This document shows positions 31,085-40,621 of a stretch of DNA of 64,000 bases, piece by piece. Position 1 is the stretch's first letter. The number at the start of each line of letters is the position of its first letter. The stretch covers positions 928,001 through 992,000 of the forward strand of contig OZ220744.1 in the NCBI GenBank assembly GCA_965116925.1. Reading direction: 5' to 3'. The position numbers and the translations under genes were made by a program. The stretch is from Candidatus Poribacteria bacterium (GTDB lineage Bacteria; Poribacteria; WGA-4E; PCPOR2b). The notes under the pieces were generated by a model that saw nothing but the letters and a program-made list of their open reading frames with translations, ran no database searches and had not been told where the DNA came from.

Positions 31085-31113
31085 TTGAAAATGAGATTGA
31101 TTGGTGGTATACT
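31085..31113 (+). promoter_or_regulatory. Sigma-70-type promoter
   Basis: TTGAAA-17 bp-TATACT with extended -10 TG, upstream of the FRG/TPR genes. Confidence 0.5.
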
Positions 31114-31273
31114 CATTGTATAATTTAATGCCTGAGGCCATTGCAGTTGACAAGAACACGTAAATTGTTTGAATCACAGATTAAGCAGATAATACGGACA
31201 ACGCAGATTTTTAGAATCCGCGCAGATCTGCGATTCAAACAACTCATGTGAGGTAAGCACCAGAATATAACTT

Positions 31274-31856
31274 ATGAATGAACCAATTGAGATATCTGAT
31301 TTAGCCGGCTACATTACCCAAATAAACACTATAACTCATTCAAATAAAAGTTATCTCTATCGAGGGCAGGAAAATGAAGACTGGCAAGTAAACAGCAGTG
31401 CTTACCGTCGCTTAGAAATTAGCACCAGTTCTTCGGAACAGGCATCAGTAACGGAAGATGATCGTTCCTCTGAATTGTTACGTTTTCAGCACCGGGATTA
31501 TCTGCTACAAATTGTTAGTGAGATTCAGCTAAAGTATCCATCTACATACAGGGACCTACACCCGTTGGAATGTATGGCGCATTTACAGCATAACAGAGTA
31601 GCGACAGGACTGATTGATTTTACATTCAGTCCCTTGGTTGCCCTTTGGTTTGCCTGAAATGGATAGGGATATGATCGCTCAGGAAATCATTATCCCAGTT
31701 GAACATAAGGAAAGTCTGAGAACAGAGTTGGTAAAAATGGGAATCTCGGAAAAAACGCTATTTGCTGATCTACTCGGTTTTTTTGAGAGGAATACTGCTA
31801 GACGTTCCTATGATCTAACACTTGTCACTTCCAACGATGGAGAAAAGCTATCATGA
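31274..31856 (+). pseudogene. FRG-domain gene with an internal deletion and frameshift
   Basis: YLYRGQ...LQH..ATGLIDFTFSPLVALWFA stops at 31657. The C-terminal part IIIPVEHKESLRTELVKMGISEKTLFADLLGF continues in another frame. The middle segment present in paralogue 6341-7384 is missing. Confidence 0.75.
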
Positions 31857-33115
31857 AGAAGATACCAAACGATGAAAACAGGGACTACTATAGTTATTTT
31901 CAACGGGGCAATGTGCGATTGGTTACTAAAGAGTACGAGAGAGCCATTGAAGACTATGACAAAGCTATTAAGTTAAAACCAAAGTATGCACCTATCTACA
32001 ACTTTCGAGGCTACGCTTATGAACTCAAAGGTAATATTGATCGTGCCATTGTAGACTACGACAAAGCCATACAATTTAAAAACAATTATGCTGAAGCCTA
32101 TGGCAATCGTGGTGTGGCTTACGGAAAAAAAGGAGATTTTGACCGCGCCATCGAAAACTTGAACAAAGCGATAGAACTTAAACCAAATCTTGCTGAAGCT
32201 TATAACAGTCGCGGCATTGTCTACGACAATAAAGGCGAGGTTGACCGAGCTATCGCAAACTATACTGAGGCGATAAAACTGAAGCCGGACTATGCAGAAG
32301 CCTATAACAATCGTGGAGTGACTTACGGCAACAAAAATGAGCATGAGCGGGCTATCTTAGACCTTAGCAAGGCAATGGAATTGAAACGAGGTTATGCCAT
32401 CGCCTACAACAATCGAGGGGCTGTCTACCGCAGCAAGGGTGATTATGATCTTGCCATTGAAGACTGTAGCAGGGCAATACAACTCAAACCCGATTATGTT
32501 GAACCCTATAGCAATCGCGGGGCTGCTTACCGCAACAAAGGCGATTATGACCTCGCTATTAAAGACTATAATAAAGCGATAGAACTCAACCAGAAGTTTT
32601 TCAAAGCCTATCATAACCGTGGTATTGCTTACTATGAAAAAGGCGATTATGCCCGTGCTATTGAAGACTATACCACAGCGATAGAACTGAATCCGGACCT
32701 TGCTGATGCCTACAGCAATCGCGGCAATGCTTATAAGAAAAAAGGCGATTATGCCCCTGCCATCGAAGACTATGACAAAGCGATAGAACTGAATCCGGAC
32801 CTTGCTGAAGCCTATAACAATCGTGGTAGCACTTATAAGGAAAAAGGAGAGCTCAACCGTGCTATCGAAAACTATGACAAGGCGATAGAACTGAAATCTG
32901 ATTTTGCCAAAGCCTATAACAATCGTGGTGAGGCATGGCTATACTTGAAAGAATGGGAGAAAGCTAAATTGGACTTGACCGTTGCCAAGGCGATGGGAGT
33001 AGATATCGTCACGGAGTTTTGTAATGACTACGAAAGTGTCCCCAACTTTGAGCAAAAGCATGGATTGAAGCTACCAGAAAACATCGCTGCAATGCTGATA
33101 CCATCCGGGGAATAA
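31853..33115 (+). CDS. TPR-repeat protein (about 11 repeats) with a short C-terminal domain
   Basis: Regular 34-aa repeats AEAYNNRG..Y..KG.YD.AIEDY.KAIEL.P. Confidence 0.95.
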   Translation: MKKIPNDENRDYYSYFQRGNVRLVTKEYERAIEDYDKAIKLKPKYAPIYNFRGYAYELKGNIDRAIVDYDKAIQFKNNYAEAYGNRGVAYGKKGDFDRAIENLNKAIELKPNLAEAYNSRGIVYDNKGEVDRAIANYTEAIKLKPDYAEAYNNRGVTYGNKNEHERAILDLSKAMELKRGYAIAYNNRGAVYRSKGDYDLAIEDCSRAIQLKPDYVEPYSNRGAAYRNKGDYDLAIKDYNKAIELNQKFFKAYHNRGIAYYEKGDYARAIEDYTTAIELNPDLADAYSNRGNAYKKKGDYAPAIEDYDKAIELNPDLAEAYNNRGSTYKEKGELNRAIENYDKAIELKSDFAKAYNNRGEAWLYLKEWEKAKLDLTVAKAMGVDIVTEFCNDYESVPNFEQKHGLKLPENIAAMLIPSGE

Positions 33116-33190
33116 ACCTTTATCTCCTGTTTGAAGCCCACCCTCTAAAATGCTATCTGGGTGATTTCTCGATTTGTACCTGTTTACATC

Positions 33191-33227
33191 GTAGAGAAAC
33201 CGAGTTTTTCAGAAAAACTCGGTTTCT
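33191..33227. repeat. REP-like palindrome, family d, with GTAG foot
   Basis: gtagagaaaccgagtttttcagaaaaactcggtttct. Confidence 0.85.
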
Positions 33228-33265
33228 TTTTGTCATCTTTTCACTCCAACCCATATTCAGTCGCT

Positions 33266-36040
33266 ATGACACTCCTTCATCCAGTCTGGCTGCTCCTGCT
33301 CATTCCCCTAATCATCTCCCTGCGTGTGTGGAAATTACCTTCCCGTCTCTTAGAGGGGCTCCGTATAGCGATATTAACCCTGATCCTGTTAGCGATGTGC
33401 GGGCTAGCTGTAAAATTGCCGAGCCGGACGGGCACGGTTGTTGTCGTGGCGGACAGAAGCCAGTCGATGCCTGCTGACAGCGAGACAAAGCAGAAAGAGG
33501 CGATCGACCTCATCCAAGGTGCCATGAGAAGCGATTCTAACCTTGCTGTCGTTTCCTTTGGCAGAGACGCTGCCATTGAACATTCCCCCCAAAGCGGAAA
33601 ATTCACCGGATTTGTCAACGAGGTTTCTGGTGACGCTTCCGACCTAAATAGTGCCATTGAGAAAGCGATGGCACTCATCCCACAAGACGCGCCCGGCAGA
33701 GTACTCCTGCTCTCTGATGGGAGATGGACAGGTAAAGACCCATCGGGCATAGCAGCGCAAGCCGCGGCGCGTGGCATTACCCTCGATTATCGCGCCATGC
33801 AGCGGGCTTCAGCAAATGATGTTGCCATTTCCCATATAGACGCACCGGAGACCGTCAACCCCGGCGAATCCTTCATGCTTGCGGCGTGGATACACGCGCC
33901 GGTTCCGAATGAAATTTCGTTTGAGTTGCTCCGTGCAAACCAACGTTTAGTAGCTGGCACGCGAAAAGTACCGTCCGGGTTGAGTCGTCTCATCTTTCGG
34001 GACAAGGCGATACAACCGGGAACACATCAGTACACCGTGCGAATCGGGGGGACCGAAGCCGATCCGGTGCTAGAGAATAATAGTGCAAAGATTCTGGTGG
34101 GTATTGAAGGATCACGTCCGATTTTGCATATTACTACTGGCTCCGATTCCGGACTGGCGCGCCTGCTACAGGCAGGTGGATTGGATATAAAAACCGCTCC
34201 ACCGTCCGCATTCCATTGGTCGCTCGATGAGTTGTCGGGATATTCCGCTGTGTTAATTGAGAATGTGTTGGCGGACGAGATTGGGCTTCACGGAATGGAG
34301 AACCTCGCTGTCTGGGTGAAGGAGACCGGGGCAGGATTCATGATGACGGGTGGAACACATGCTTACGGTCCGGGTGGCTATTTCCGTTCGCCGCTCGAAC
34401 CGATTATGCCGGTTTCAATGGAATTGCGGCGGGAGCATCGAAAGCTATCGCTCGCTATCGTAGTGGCGATGGATAGGTCTGGTAGCATGTCAATAGGGGT
34501 AGGAGGGGGCAGGACGAAAATGGACCTTGCAAACCTTGCCACGGCGGAGGTGTTTGATATGTTATCGCCGATGGATGAATTTGGTGTGGTTGCAGTTGAT
34601 AGTTCACCTCACATCATTGCAGAACTCGCTCCGGTTGAAAATCAATCGCATGTACAGAGCGATATTCTGAACATCGCCTCACAGGGCGGCGGGATCTTCG
34701 TCTACGAAGCACTTTCCACCGCAGCCAAGATGCTCCTTGACGCCCAAGCCGGCACCCGGCATATTATCCTCTTTGCAGATGCCGCTGATTCAGAGCAACC
34801 CGGACGATACCGCGAGCTCCTTGAAGAATGCCGAAAAGCCAACATCACTGTTAGTGTTGTCGGATTGGGCACATCCAGTGATGTTGATGCCGCATTACTG
34901 CAGGACATCGCCTACCGCGGCCAGGGACGCTGTTTTTTCACCGAAAATGCCCAAGAGTTACCGCGTCTGTTTGCCCAAGATACCTTCGTTGTAGCACGTA
35001 GCACATTTATTGACGAACCGACCACTGTTCGGACGACGGGCGGCATGGTTTCATTGACCGGTAGAGGTTATCAGATCCCATCTCCAATCGGTGGCTACAA
35101 TCTCTGCTATCTTCGTCCCGACGCAAATCTCGCCGCCGTGACGGTAGATGAGTACGAAGCACCGTTTGTGGCAGCGTGGCAGGCTGGGATTGGACGGGTC
35201 CTCTGCTATACGGGAGAAGCGGATGGGGCACATACGGGTCCCATTGCAGGTTGGAAGGATATTGGCAATTTTCTCACAAGTCTTGTCCGTTGGACAGGGG
35301 GCGATTTTGGGAACCTGCCCAGTGAGATGTTGGTGACACAGAGGGTCAAAAATGGAATCAATGTGGTGGAACTTCATCTGGATCCAGAGCGGGAGGGGGA
35401 GGTTTTTAGGGAATTGCCGACTGTGACGGTGCTCCGAGGCGTTGTCGGAGAAAAACCGACTGTTAAGAAAACCAAGCTATCTTGGACATCTGCTGATACA
35501 CTTGCAGTAGATATCCCAATCCACGGCAGTGAAACGGTACTGACGACGGTGGAGATACCGGGCGGTGGAAATATATCGCTGTCCCCTATCTGTCTGCCGT
35601 ACTCACCAGAATTCAAACCTGCTCACACAGAGTCGGGACTTGCGACGCTGGAACGACTTGCAAAAGTGACCGACGGGAAGCAACGAATTAATCTGGGAGA
35701 AATCTGGGGTGACTTACCACAACAGCCGCATCTGATCTCGGTCCAGCCGTGGCTACTGATTGTGGCACTCCTCCTGCTGCTTCTCGAAACGTTAGAACGC
35801 CGCACGGGGTTGCTATCTATGAGACATGGCCGGCGGTTTGTAGAATCAGTGTCGCAACGCATACGGAGGAAAGAGCGGGCAGTGGCTCAAGTTACCGTGC
35901 CATCTTCCGAAGAGGAAATGGAATCGCCTACGCCCGAGGAACCGGAAAAACCTGAAGTGTCTTCCGATCGGGATGGAATGCTTGACGCTTTAAGTCAGGC
36001 GCGAAGGCGTGCCAGCGGACGAACGGGACGCGAGAGGTAA
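33266..36040 (+). CDS. Double vWA-domain membrane protein with a central glutamine-amidotransferase-like domain
   Basis: MIDAS DRSQSM and LLSDG, second MIDAS DRSGSM, MTGG..AYGPGGY...LEPIMPV, terminal TM segments. Confidence 0.85.
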   Translation: MTLLHPVWLLLLIPLIISLRVWKLPSRLLEGLRIAILTLILLAMCGLAVKLPSRTGTVVVVADRSQSMPADSETKQKEAIDLIQGAMRSDSNLAVVSFGRDAAIEHSPQSGKFTGFVNEVSGDASDLNSAIEKAMALIPQDAPGRVLLLSDGRWTGKDPSGIAAQAAARGITLDYRAMQRASANDVAISHIDAPETVNPGESFMLAAWIHAPVPNEISFELLRANQRLVAGTRKVPSGLSRLIFRDKAIQPGTHQYTVRIGGTEADPVLENNSAKILVGIEGSRPILHITTGSDSGLARLLQAGGLDIKTAPPSAFHWSLDELSGYSAVLIENVLADEIGLHGMENLAVWVKETGAGFMMTGGTHAYGPGGYFRSPLEPIMPVSMELRREHRKLSLAIVVAMDRSGSMSIGVGGGRTKMDLANLATAEVFDMLSPMDEFGVVAVDSSPHIIAELAPVENQSHVQSDILNIASQGGGIFVYEALSTAAKMLLDAQAGTRHIILFADAADSEQPGRYRELLEECRKANITVSVVGLGTSSDVDAALLQDIAYRGQGRCFFTENAQELPRLFAQDTFVVARSTFIDEPTTVRTTGGMVSLTGRGYQIPSPIGGYNLCYLRPDANLAAVTVDEYEAPFVAAWQAGIGRVLCYTGEADGAHTGPIAGWKDIGNFLTSLVRWTGGDFGNLPSEMLVTQRVKNGINVVELHLDPEREGEVFRELPTVTVLRGVVGEKPTVKKTKLSWTSADTLAVDIPIHGSETVLTTVEIPGGGNISLSPICLPYSPEFKPAHTESGLATLERLAKVTDGKQRINLGEIWGDLPQQPHLISVQPWLLIVALLLLLLETLERRTGLLSMRHGRRFVESVSQRIRRKERAVAQVTVPSSEEEMESPTPEEPEKPEVSSDRDGMLDALSQARRRASGRTGRER

Positions 36041-36096
36041 TGTGTATTTGACATCTCTCTACTTATCCTGAAAAATAAGAAGGTAATCAAAACTGT

Positions 36097-36969
36097 ATGA
36101 ATGAAAGTTACCGACGATATCTCATAGATGGTGAACGTGCGGGTGCCCGATACGCCTTGGCAGTGCCACGCAGTATCCCCTTCGGGACCGCTGGCAGTCA
36201 AATGGGCAAGCGTCCCGGCAGTTCCCTGGAATTTATCGATCACCGTGAATACCAGCCGGGCGACGACCTGCGTCGAATCGACTGGGGTGGCTTCGCACGG
36301 AGCGATAAATTAACCGTCAAACTATACCGGGATGAAGTCAATCCGCATCTGGATGTCGTCATTGACGGTTCATGTTCCATGGCACTTGAAGCGAGCCCCA
36401 AGGCACAAGCGACACTCGGGTTAGCGGCAGTCTTTGCGACTGCGGCATCAAATGTCGGATACTCTCACACCGCTTGGGTTGCGGGTGATGGGTGTCGGCA
36501 GGTAGTCAATGGCGCAGATCGACCGTCAATTTGGGACGAGATCGATTTTAACTACCGTGGAGCCCTTTTAACATCATTGGTTAAACTCCCTCCGTCGTGG
36601 CGTCCATTTGGGTTGCGTGTGTTGCTCAGTGACCTACTCTGTCCCGGGGATCCATTAACAGTGTTAGCTCAATTTGCCGAGCGGGCGACAGCAGTCGTTG
36701 TGGTGCAGGTCTTAGCGGAGATTGACGTGAATCCAACCGAACGCGGTAACATCCGACTCATTGATTCAGAGACGGAGACGGTGCAAGAGATTTTCGTGGA
36801 TGCCGCTGCTGACAAACGGTATCGCGATGCGTTTGCCCGTCATCAGGAAAGTTGGCATCTCGCCGCGAAACAGACGGGGGCGATTATGACGGCGGTCATC
36901 GCAGAGCAAATATTGAGTGACTGGCGCCTGGAAGCATTGGCTGCGGCAGAGGTACTCACTATTACATGA
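36097..36969 (+). CDS. DUF58 domain protein
   Basis: GSSLEFIDHREYQPGDDLRRIDW, DGSCSM and LLSD. Confidence 0.9.
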   Translation: MNESYRRYLIDGERAGARYALAVPRSIPFGTAGSQMGKRPGSSLEFIDHREYQPGDDLRRIDWGGFARSDKLTVKLYRDEVNPHLDVVIDGSCSMALEASPKAQATLGLAAVFATAASNVGYSHTAWVAGDGCRQVVNGADRPSIWDEIDFNYRGALLTSLVKLPPSWRPFGLRVLLSDLLCPGDPLTVLAQFAERATAVVVVQVLAEIDVNPTERGNIRLIDSETETVQEIFVDAAADKRYRDAFARHQESWHLAAKQTGAIMTAVIAEQILSDWRLEALAAAEVLTIT

Positions 36970-37184
36970 ATGACACTGATGACAAAGACATTAGGAATTA
37001 TACCCAATTTGTGCGCTGTAAGGCTATCGGTAAGCAATTCGGAGGGTATGATATAGATGATGCGGTTGAACCGTTTCTACTTTGAAACCGGGGACTTTTA
37101 TTGTCGAAATTTCTAAATAAAAGCTTGGGAATATCTTTTTTCTGCAAAAAATGTGAATTTCCGGTTGACGAGTATCCCTAAATG

Positions 37185-37265
37185 TTGGCAAACAACGAAT
37201 ATATTGTGTATAATATAAATAATATGCCTGTATATTGTATACTATACGCAATATACAGGCATATT
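37185..37265 (+). promoter_or_regulatory. Sigma-70-type promoter followed by a perfect 17-bp inverted repeat
   Basis: TTGGCA-18 bp-TATAAT with extended -10 TG (37185-37214). aatatgcctgtatattg at 37221-37237 pairs with caatatacaggcatatt at 37249-37265. Confidence 0.65.
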
Positions 37266-37388
37266 GCCTATTAGTGGGAACGAGAGAATTAAGCCATCAT
37301 CTATTAACTACGATTATTGGCAGGTTTATGATATGCTGCTGATCAAAGCAGCTACCAACAACATTACCTAAATAGAGGAGGTAATATA

Positions 37389-40300
37389 GTGAAACAATTG
37401 AAGCAACGCGGTGTCTTGTTATTAGCCTTGGTTGCCGTTTTCTCTGTCGCTGCGGTGTCGGTGCACGCCGCCACCTTGAATGTTACAGTGATGGATGCCC
37501 AAGCCGGTGAAAAACTGGAAGGTATTTCCATCACCGTCATGTCCCAAGCCGGTGCTTCCACTGAAGGTATCAGCGATGCATCCGGTATGCTCGAAATTAC
37601 AGATTTGGCTGCCGGTGTCTACACGATATCCGCATCTGCCCCCGGTTATGCCGATAAGACCATGGCAAATGTTGAGCTTGTTGCCGACGGAACCACATCG
37701 GTGGAAATTGCTCTCTCTTCAGAGATTATTGAATTGGATCAAGTTTCCGTTTCGGCCTCGCGCCGCCGGGAAAAGGTGCTTGAAGCCCCGGCGTCGGTCG
37801 CGCTTGTTAGTGCTTCGGAAATCAAAGACCGTGTCGCACCAAGTGTCACCGAACACTTGAAGTCGGTGCGTGGGGTGGATGTCGTGAATACTGGCATAGG
37901 TACAGCGCAGGTTGTCGTCCGCGGCTTCAACAACGTTTTTTCGGGTACACTGCTCTCGCTCGTTGATAACCGCATCGCTCGTGTTCCCTCTCTACGGCTC
38001 AATGCCTACACCCTCATCCCAACCTCAAGCGAGGATATTGAACAGATTGAAGTCGTCTCGGGACCCGGTTCGGCGCTGTACGGTCCAAACAGTGCCAACG
38101 GCGTCATGCACATCCTCACCCGCTCGCCGTTTAACTCGCAAGGGACAACTATCAGCATTGGAGGTGGCGAGCGGAGTGTGATGCTCGGATCGCTTCGACA
38201 TGCCGGCGTTATCAATGAAACTCTCGGCTATAAACTTTCAGTCAACGGTTTCCGAGGAAATGATTGGGAAGAGGGACGGTCAACAGAAGACCTTGAAGGC
38301 CCAGGGGAACCGGTCTTTGACACATACAGAGCGGGAGGCGAAGCTCGCGTGGATTATAAGCCCAACGATGATCTGATGGCGATTTTTGCCTTCGGCGGCA
38401 CGCAAACCACCGGTACGGAACTGACTGGGCTCGGTGCCGGTCAAGCTAAAAACTGGCGTTACATGTACGGCCAAACGCGATTCATTTACAAAGACCTTTT
38501 CGCGCAATTCTTTGTGAATAGTAGCGATGCGGGGGATACCTATACCCTTCGGGATGGTCTACCAGTTGTTGATAAATCCGACCTGTATGTCGGGCAGCTT
38601 CAACACGGTTACAGCCTTGGAGAACGTCAACGCTTTACATACGGTGCAGATCTGTTGATGACCCGGCCCGAGACCGAGGGCACCATTAATGGGCGTAATG
38701 AGGACAGCGACAACATCACTGAGATCGGTGGGTACTTGCAGTCGGAAACCAAGCTCACTTCGCAGTTAAAGTTCATCCTCGCCGGACGGGCTGACAACCA
38801 CAGCCACCTCAACGATATAGTCCTTTCACCGCGTGCCGCGCTTGCATTCCAACCCAACGACGACCATAACTTGAGGCTTACCTATAACCGTGCTTTCAGT
38901 ACGCCCAGCACCTCCAACCTTTTCCTTGACCGGCTGGCAGCTCCAGACGCGTACGGGTTAGGCAGCAATTTTGAACCAATCTTAGGGTTCAGCCCTAATA
39001 TTGATATACGTGCACAGGGGCCCGGTAGTGACACAGGATTGACCTTCAAAAGGGATGCAGCTGGACGGCCGCTGTTTCGGTCTCCCTTCTCACCGGTAGC
39101 AGAGCTGCCAGCAGACACCGCACTTCCCCTTGATGACCCGACTGCTACCAACCTGATGTGGGGCATCGGGCGAGGAGCTGTCATGGCTGGCGTACAGCCG
39201 GTTTTTGAAGCCGCAGTGAAGCAAACCATACAGCAAACCTTCACCCCACAGGCATTGCCACAGGTTATTGCAACGCTGCCTCCAGAGACGCTTCAAGGAG
39301 TAGCAACACAAGCACTTGCAACGCTGCCACCACAGGCGCTGCAGGGATTACCGCCGGAATTCGCTCCATTGCTGCAACCGGGGGCGATTGCTGCAATGCC
39401 ACCCGAACAGCTTCAGCAGATAGTGCCACAAGTGCTTCAGGCACTACCGCCGCAGGTAGTACAAGGTCTTGCTGCCTCTCTTGCCGCATCTACAGAGGCA
39501 GAAATTCTTGCCGGGTTTGCTAATCTCGTCCCTGAACAGGTAGATGGGGTGAAAAATGTCCTACGTAGCGTTAATCCAGAGACCGGCGAGTTTATTGATG
39601 TTGAAGATGTCAATGACGTTGACCCGCTTAAGCCGACGATAACACAGACGTATGAAGTCGGCTACAAAGGGATTCTCATGAACAAGTTGGCTTTTTCCGC
39701 CGATGTCTATCACACAAGAATTAAGGATTTCGTCGGTCCCTTGGTCGTTGAAACCCCGAATGTATTCTTGGATTCGGAGACATTAAGTGCCTTCCTGGGA
39801 CAGCACTTCACGGCGGCGTTAAGCGATCCAAAAAATGCTACGCTCAATCAGGCGTTGCTTGCGTTTGATGCGCCTGCTCAAGGGGGTAACGGCAACGGTT
39901 CGGCTGTTGATGAGTTGACAAAGTTGTTTGTGGCTGGCACCGAGAACAACGGGCCCGCTTTCATCCCCTTTGGTACGGTGACCCCCGAGCAGGCATCGGA
40001 TCCAAACGCGGTTCTGCTGACCTATCGCAACTACGGTGATATCTCCCTTAACGGGTTGGATTGCAGCTTGACCTATTACCTCAATCCGAGTTTGAGCATC
40101 GGCGGGAATTACTCGTTCGTCAGCAAGGACCTATTCGAAACCGATCTCAGGGAAATCGCCCTGAACGCGCCTAAGAATAAATTCGGAGCAAACGTTCAAT
40201 ACATCAACACCAATCTAGGGTTGGGGGCGGGGGCCCGGGTGAATTTTGTGGCTGGCTTCCCTGTGAATTCAGGCGTTTACATCGGTGAGGTCGAATCGTA

Positions 40301-40460
40301 TTATACGATTGACTTAAGCGCGGGCTATGACATACCGTTTGGTCCGAGCCCTCGCCTGTCGCTGACAGTCCAAAATGTGCTGAATAATATGTATCAGCCA
40401 TTCATCGGTGCCCCAGAGATTGGGCGTTTGTCGCTAGTGCGTCTGACGCAAACATTCTAA
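37389..40460 (+). CDS. TonB-dependent receptor with N-terminal carboxypeptidase-regulatory-like domain
   Basis: Signal peptide, plug motifs (VVRGFN, IEQIEVVSGPGSALYGPNSANGV), beta-barrel strands, VQNVLN, C-terminal Phe. Confidence 0.9.
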   Translation: MKQLKQRGVLLLALVAVFSVAAVSVHAATLNVTVMDAQAGEKLEGISITVMSQAGASTEGISDASGMLEITDLAAGVYTISASAPGYADKTMANVELVADGTTSVEIALSSEIIELDQVSVSASRRREKVLEAPASVALVSASEIKDRVAPSVTEHLKSVRGVDVVNTGIGTAQVVVRGFNNVFSGTLLSLVDNRIARVPSLRLNAYTLIPTSSEDIEQIEVVSGPGSALYGPNSANGVMHILTRSPFNSQGTTISIGGGERSVMLGSLRHAGVINETLGYKLSVNGFRGNDWEEGRSTEDLEGPGEPVFDTYRAGGEARVDYKPNDDLMAIFAFGGTQTTGTELTGLGAGQAKNWRYMYGQTRFIYKDLFAQFFVNSSDAGDTYTLRDGLPVVDKSDLYVGQLQHGYSLGERQRFTYGADLLMTRPETEGTINGRNEDSDNITEIGGYLQSETKLTSQLKFILAGRADNHSHLNDIVLSPRAALAFQPNDDHNLRLTYNRAFSTPSTSNLFLDRLAAPDAYGLGSNFEPILGFSPNIDIRAQGPGSDTGLTFKRDAAGRPLFRSPFSPVAELPADTALPLDDPTATNLMWGIGRGAVMAGVQPVFEAAVKQTIQQTFTPQALPQVIATLPPETLQGVATQALATLPPQALQGLPPEFAPLLQPGAIAAMPPEQLQQIVPQVLQALPPQVVQGLAASLAASTEAEILAGFANLVPEQVDGVKNVLRSVNPETGEFIDVEDVNDVDPLKPTITQTYEVGYKGILMNKLAFSADVYHTRIKDFVGPLVVETPNVFLDSETLSAFLGQHFTAALSDPKNATLNQALLAFDAPAQGGNGNGSAVDELTKLFVAGTENNGPAFIPFGTVTPEQASDPNAVLLTYRNYGDISLNGLDCSLTYYLNPSLSIGGNYSFVSKDLFETDLREIALNAPKNKFGANVQYINTNLGLGAGARVNFVAGFPVNSGVYIGEVESYYTIDLSAGYDIPFGPSPRLSLTVQNVLNNMYQPFIGAPEIGRLSLVRLTQTF

Positions 40461-40477
40461 TCAATCAAGCCATTCTG

Positions 40478-40501
40478 GTAGGTCGAGATTCACATCTCGA
40501 C
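40478..40501 (+). repeat. GTAG-REP-like hairpin, family c
   Basis: gtaggtcgagattcacatctcgac. Confidence 0.75.
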
Positions 40502-40534
40502 GAAATACTAGAAATAACTGCATCTTGTAGATAG

Positions 40535-40612
40535 AAAAAAACGCCTTGATATCGCCACTCATCTGACTTTGAAGCAAGCCGAGTCGTGATGATTGAATCA
40601 GGGCGTTTTTTT
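40535..40612. terminator. Long hairpin with A7/T7 tails between convergent genes (possible bidirectional terminator)
   Basis: aaaaaaacgccttgat...atcagggcgttttttt, with extra inner pairing atcgccactc/gagtcgtgat. Confidence 0.55.
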
Positions 40613-40621
40613 ATGCCGTGT

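Noticed and set aside
31853..33115. Diversity-generating retroelement target
   Set aside because: No reverse transcriptase in the window, and the differences between repeats are not confined to adenines.
33161..33265. N-terminal extension of the vWA gene from the GTG at 33161
   Set aside because: The extension translates a family d palindrome; the ATG at 33266 gives a typical N-terminus.
36970..37388. Cobalamin riboswitch or Fur box upstream of the TonB receptor
   Set aside because: I could not find the conserved B12-box elements or a GATAATGATAATCATTATC-like site.
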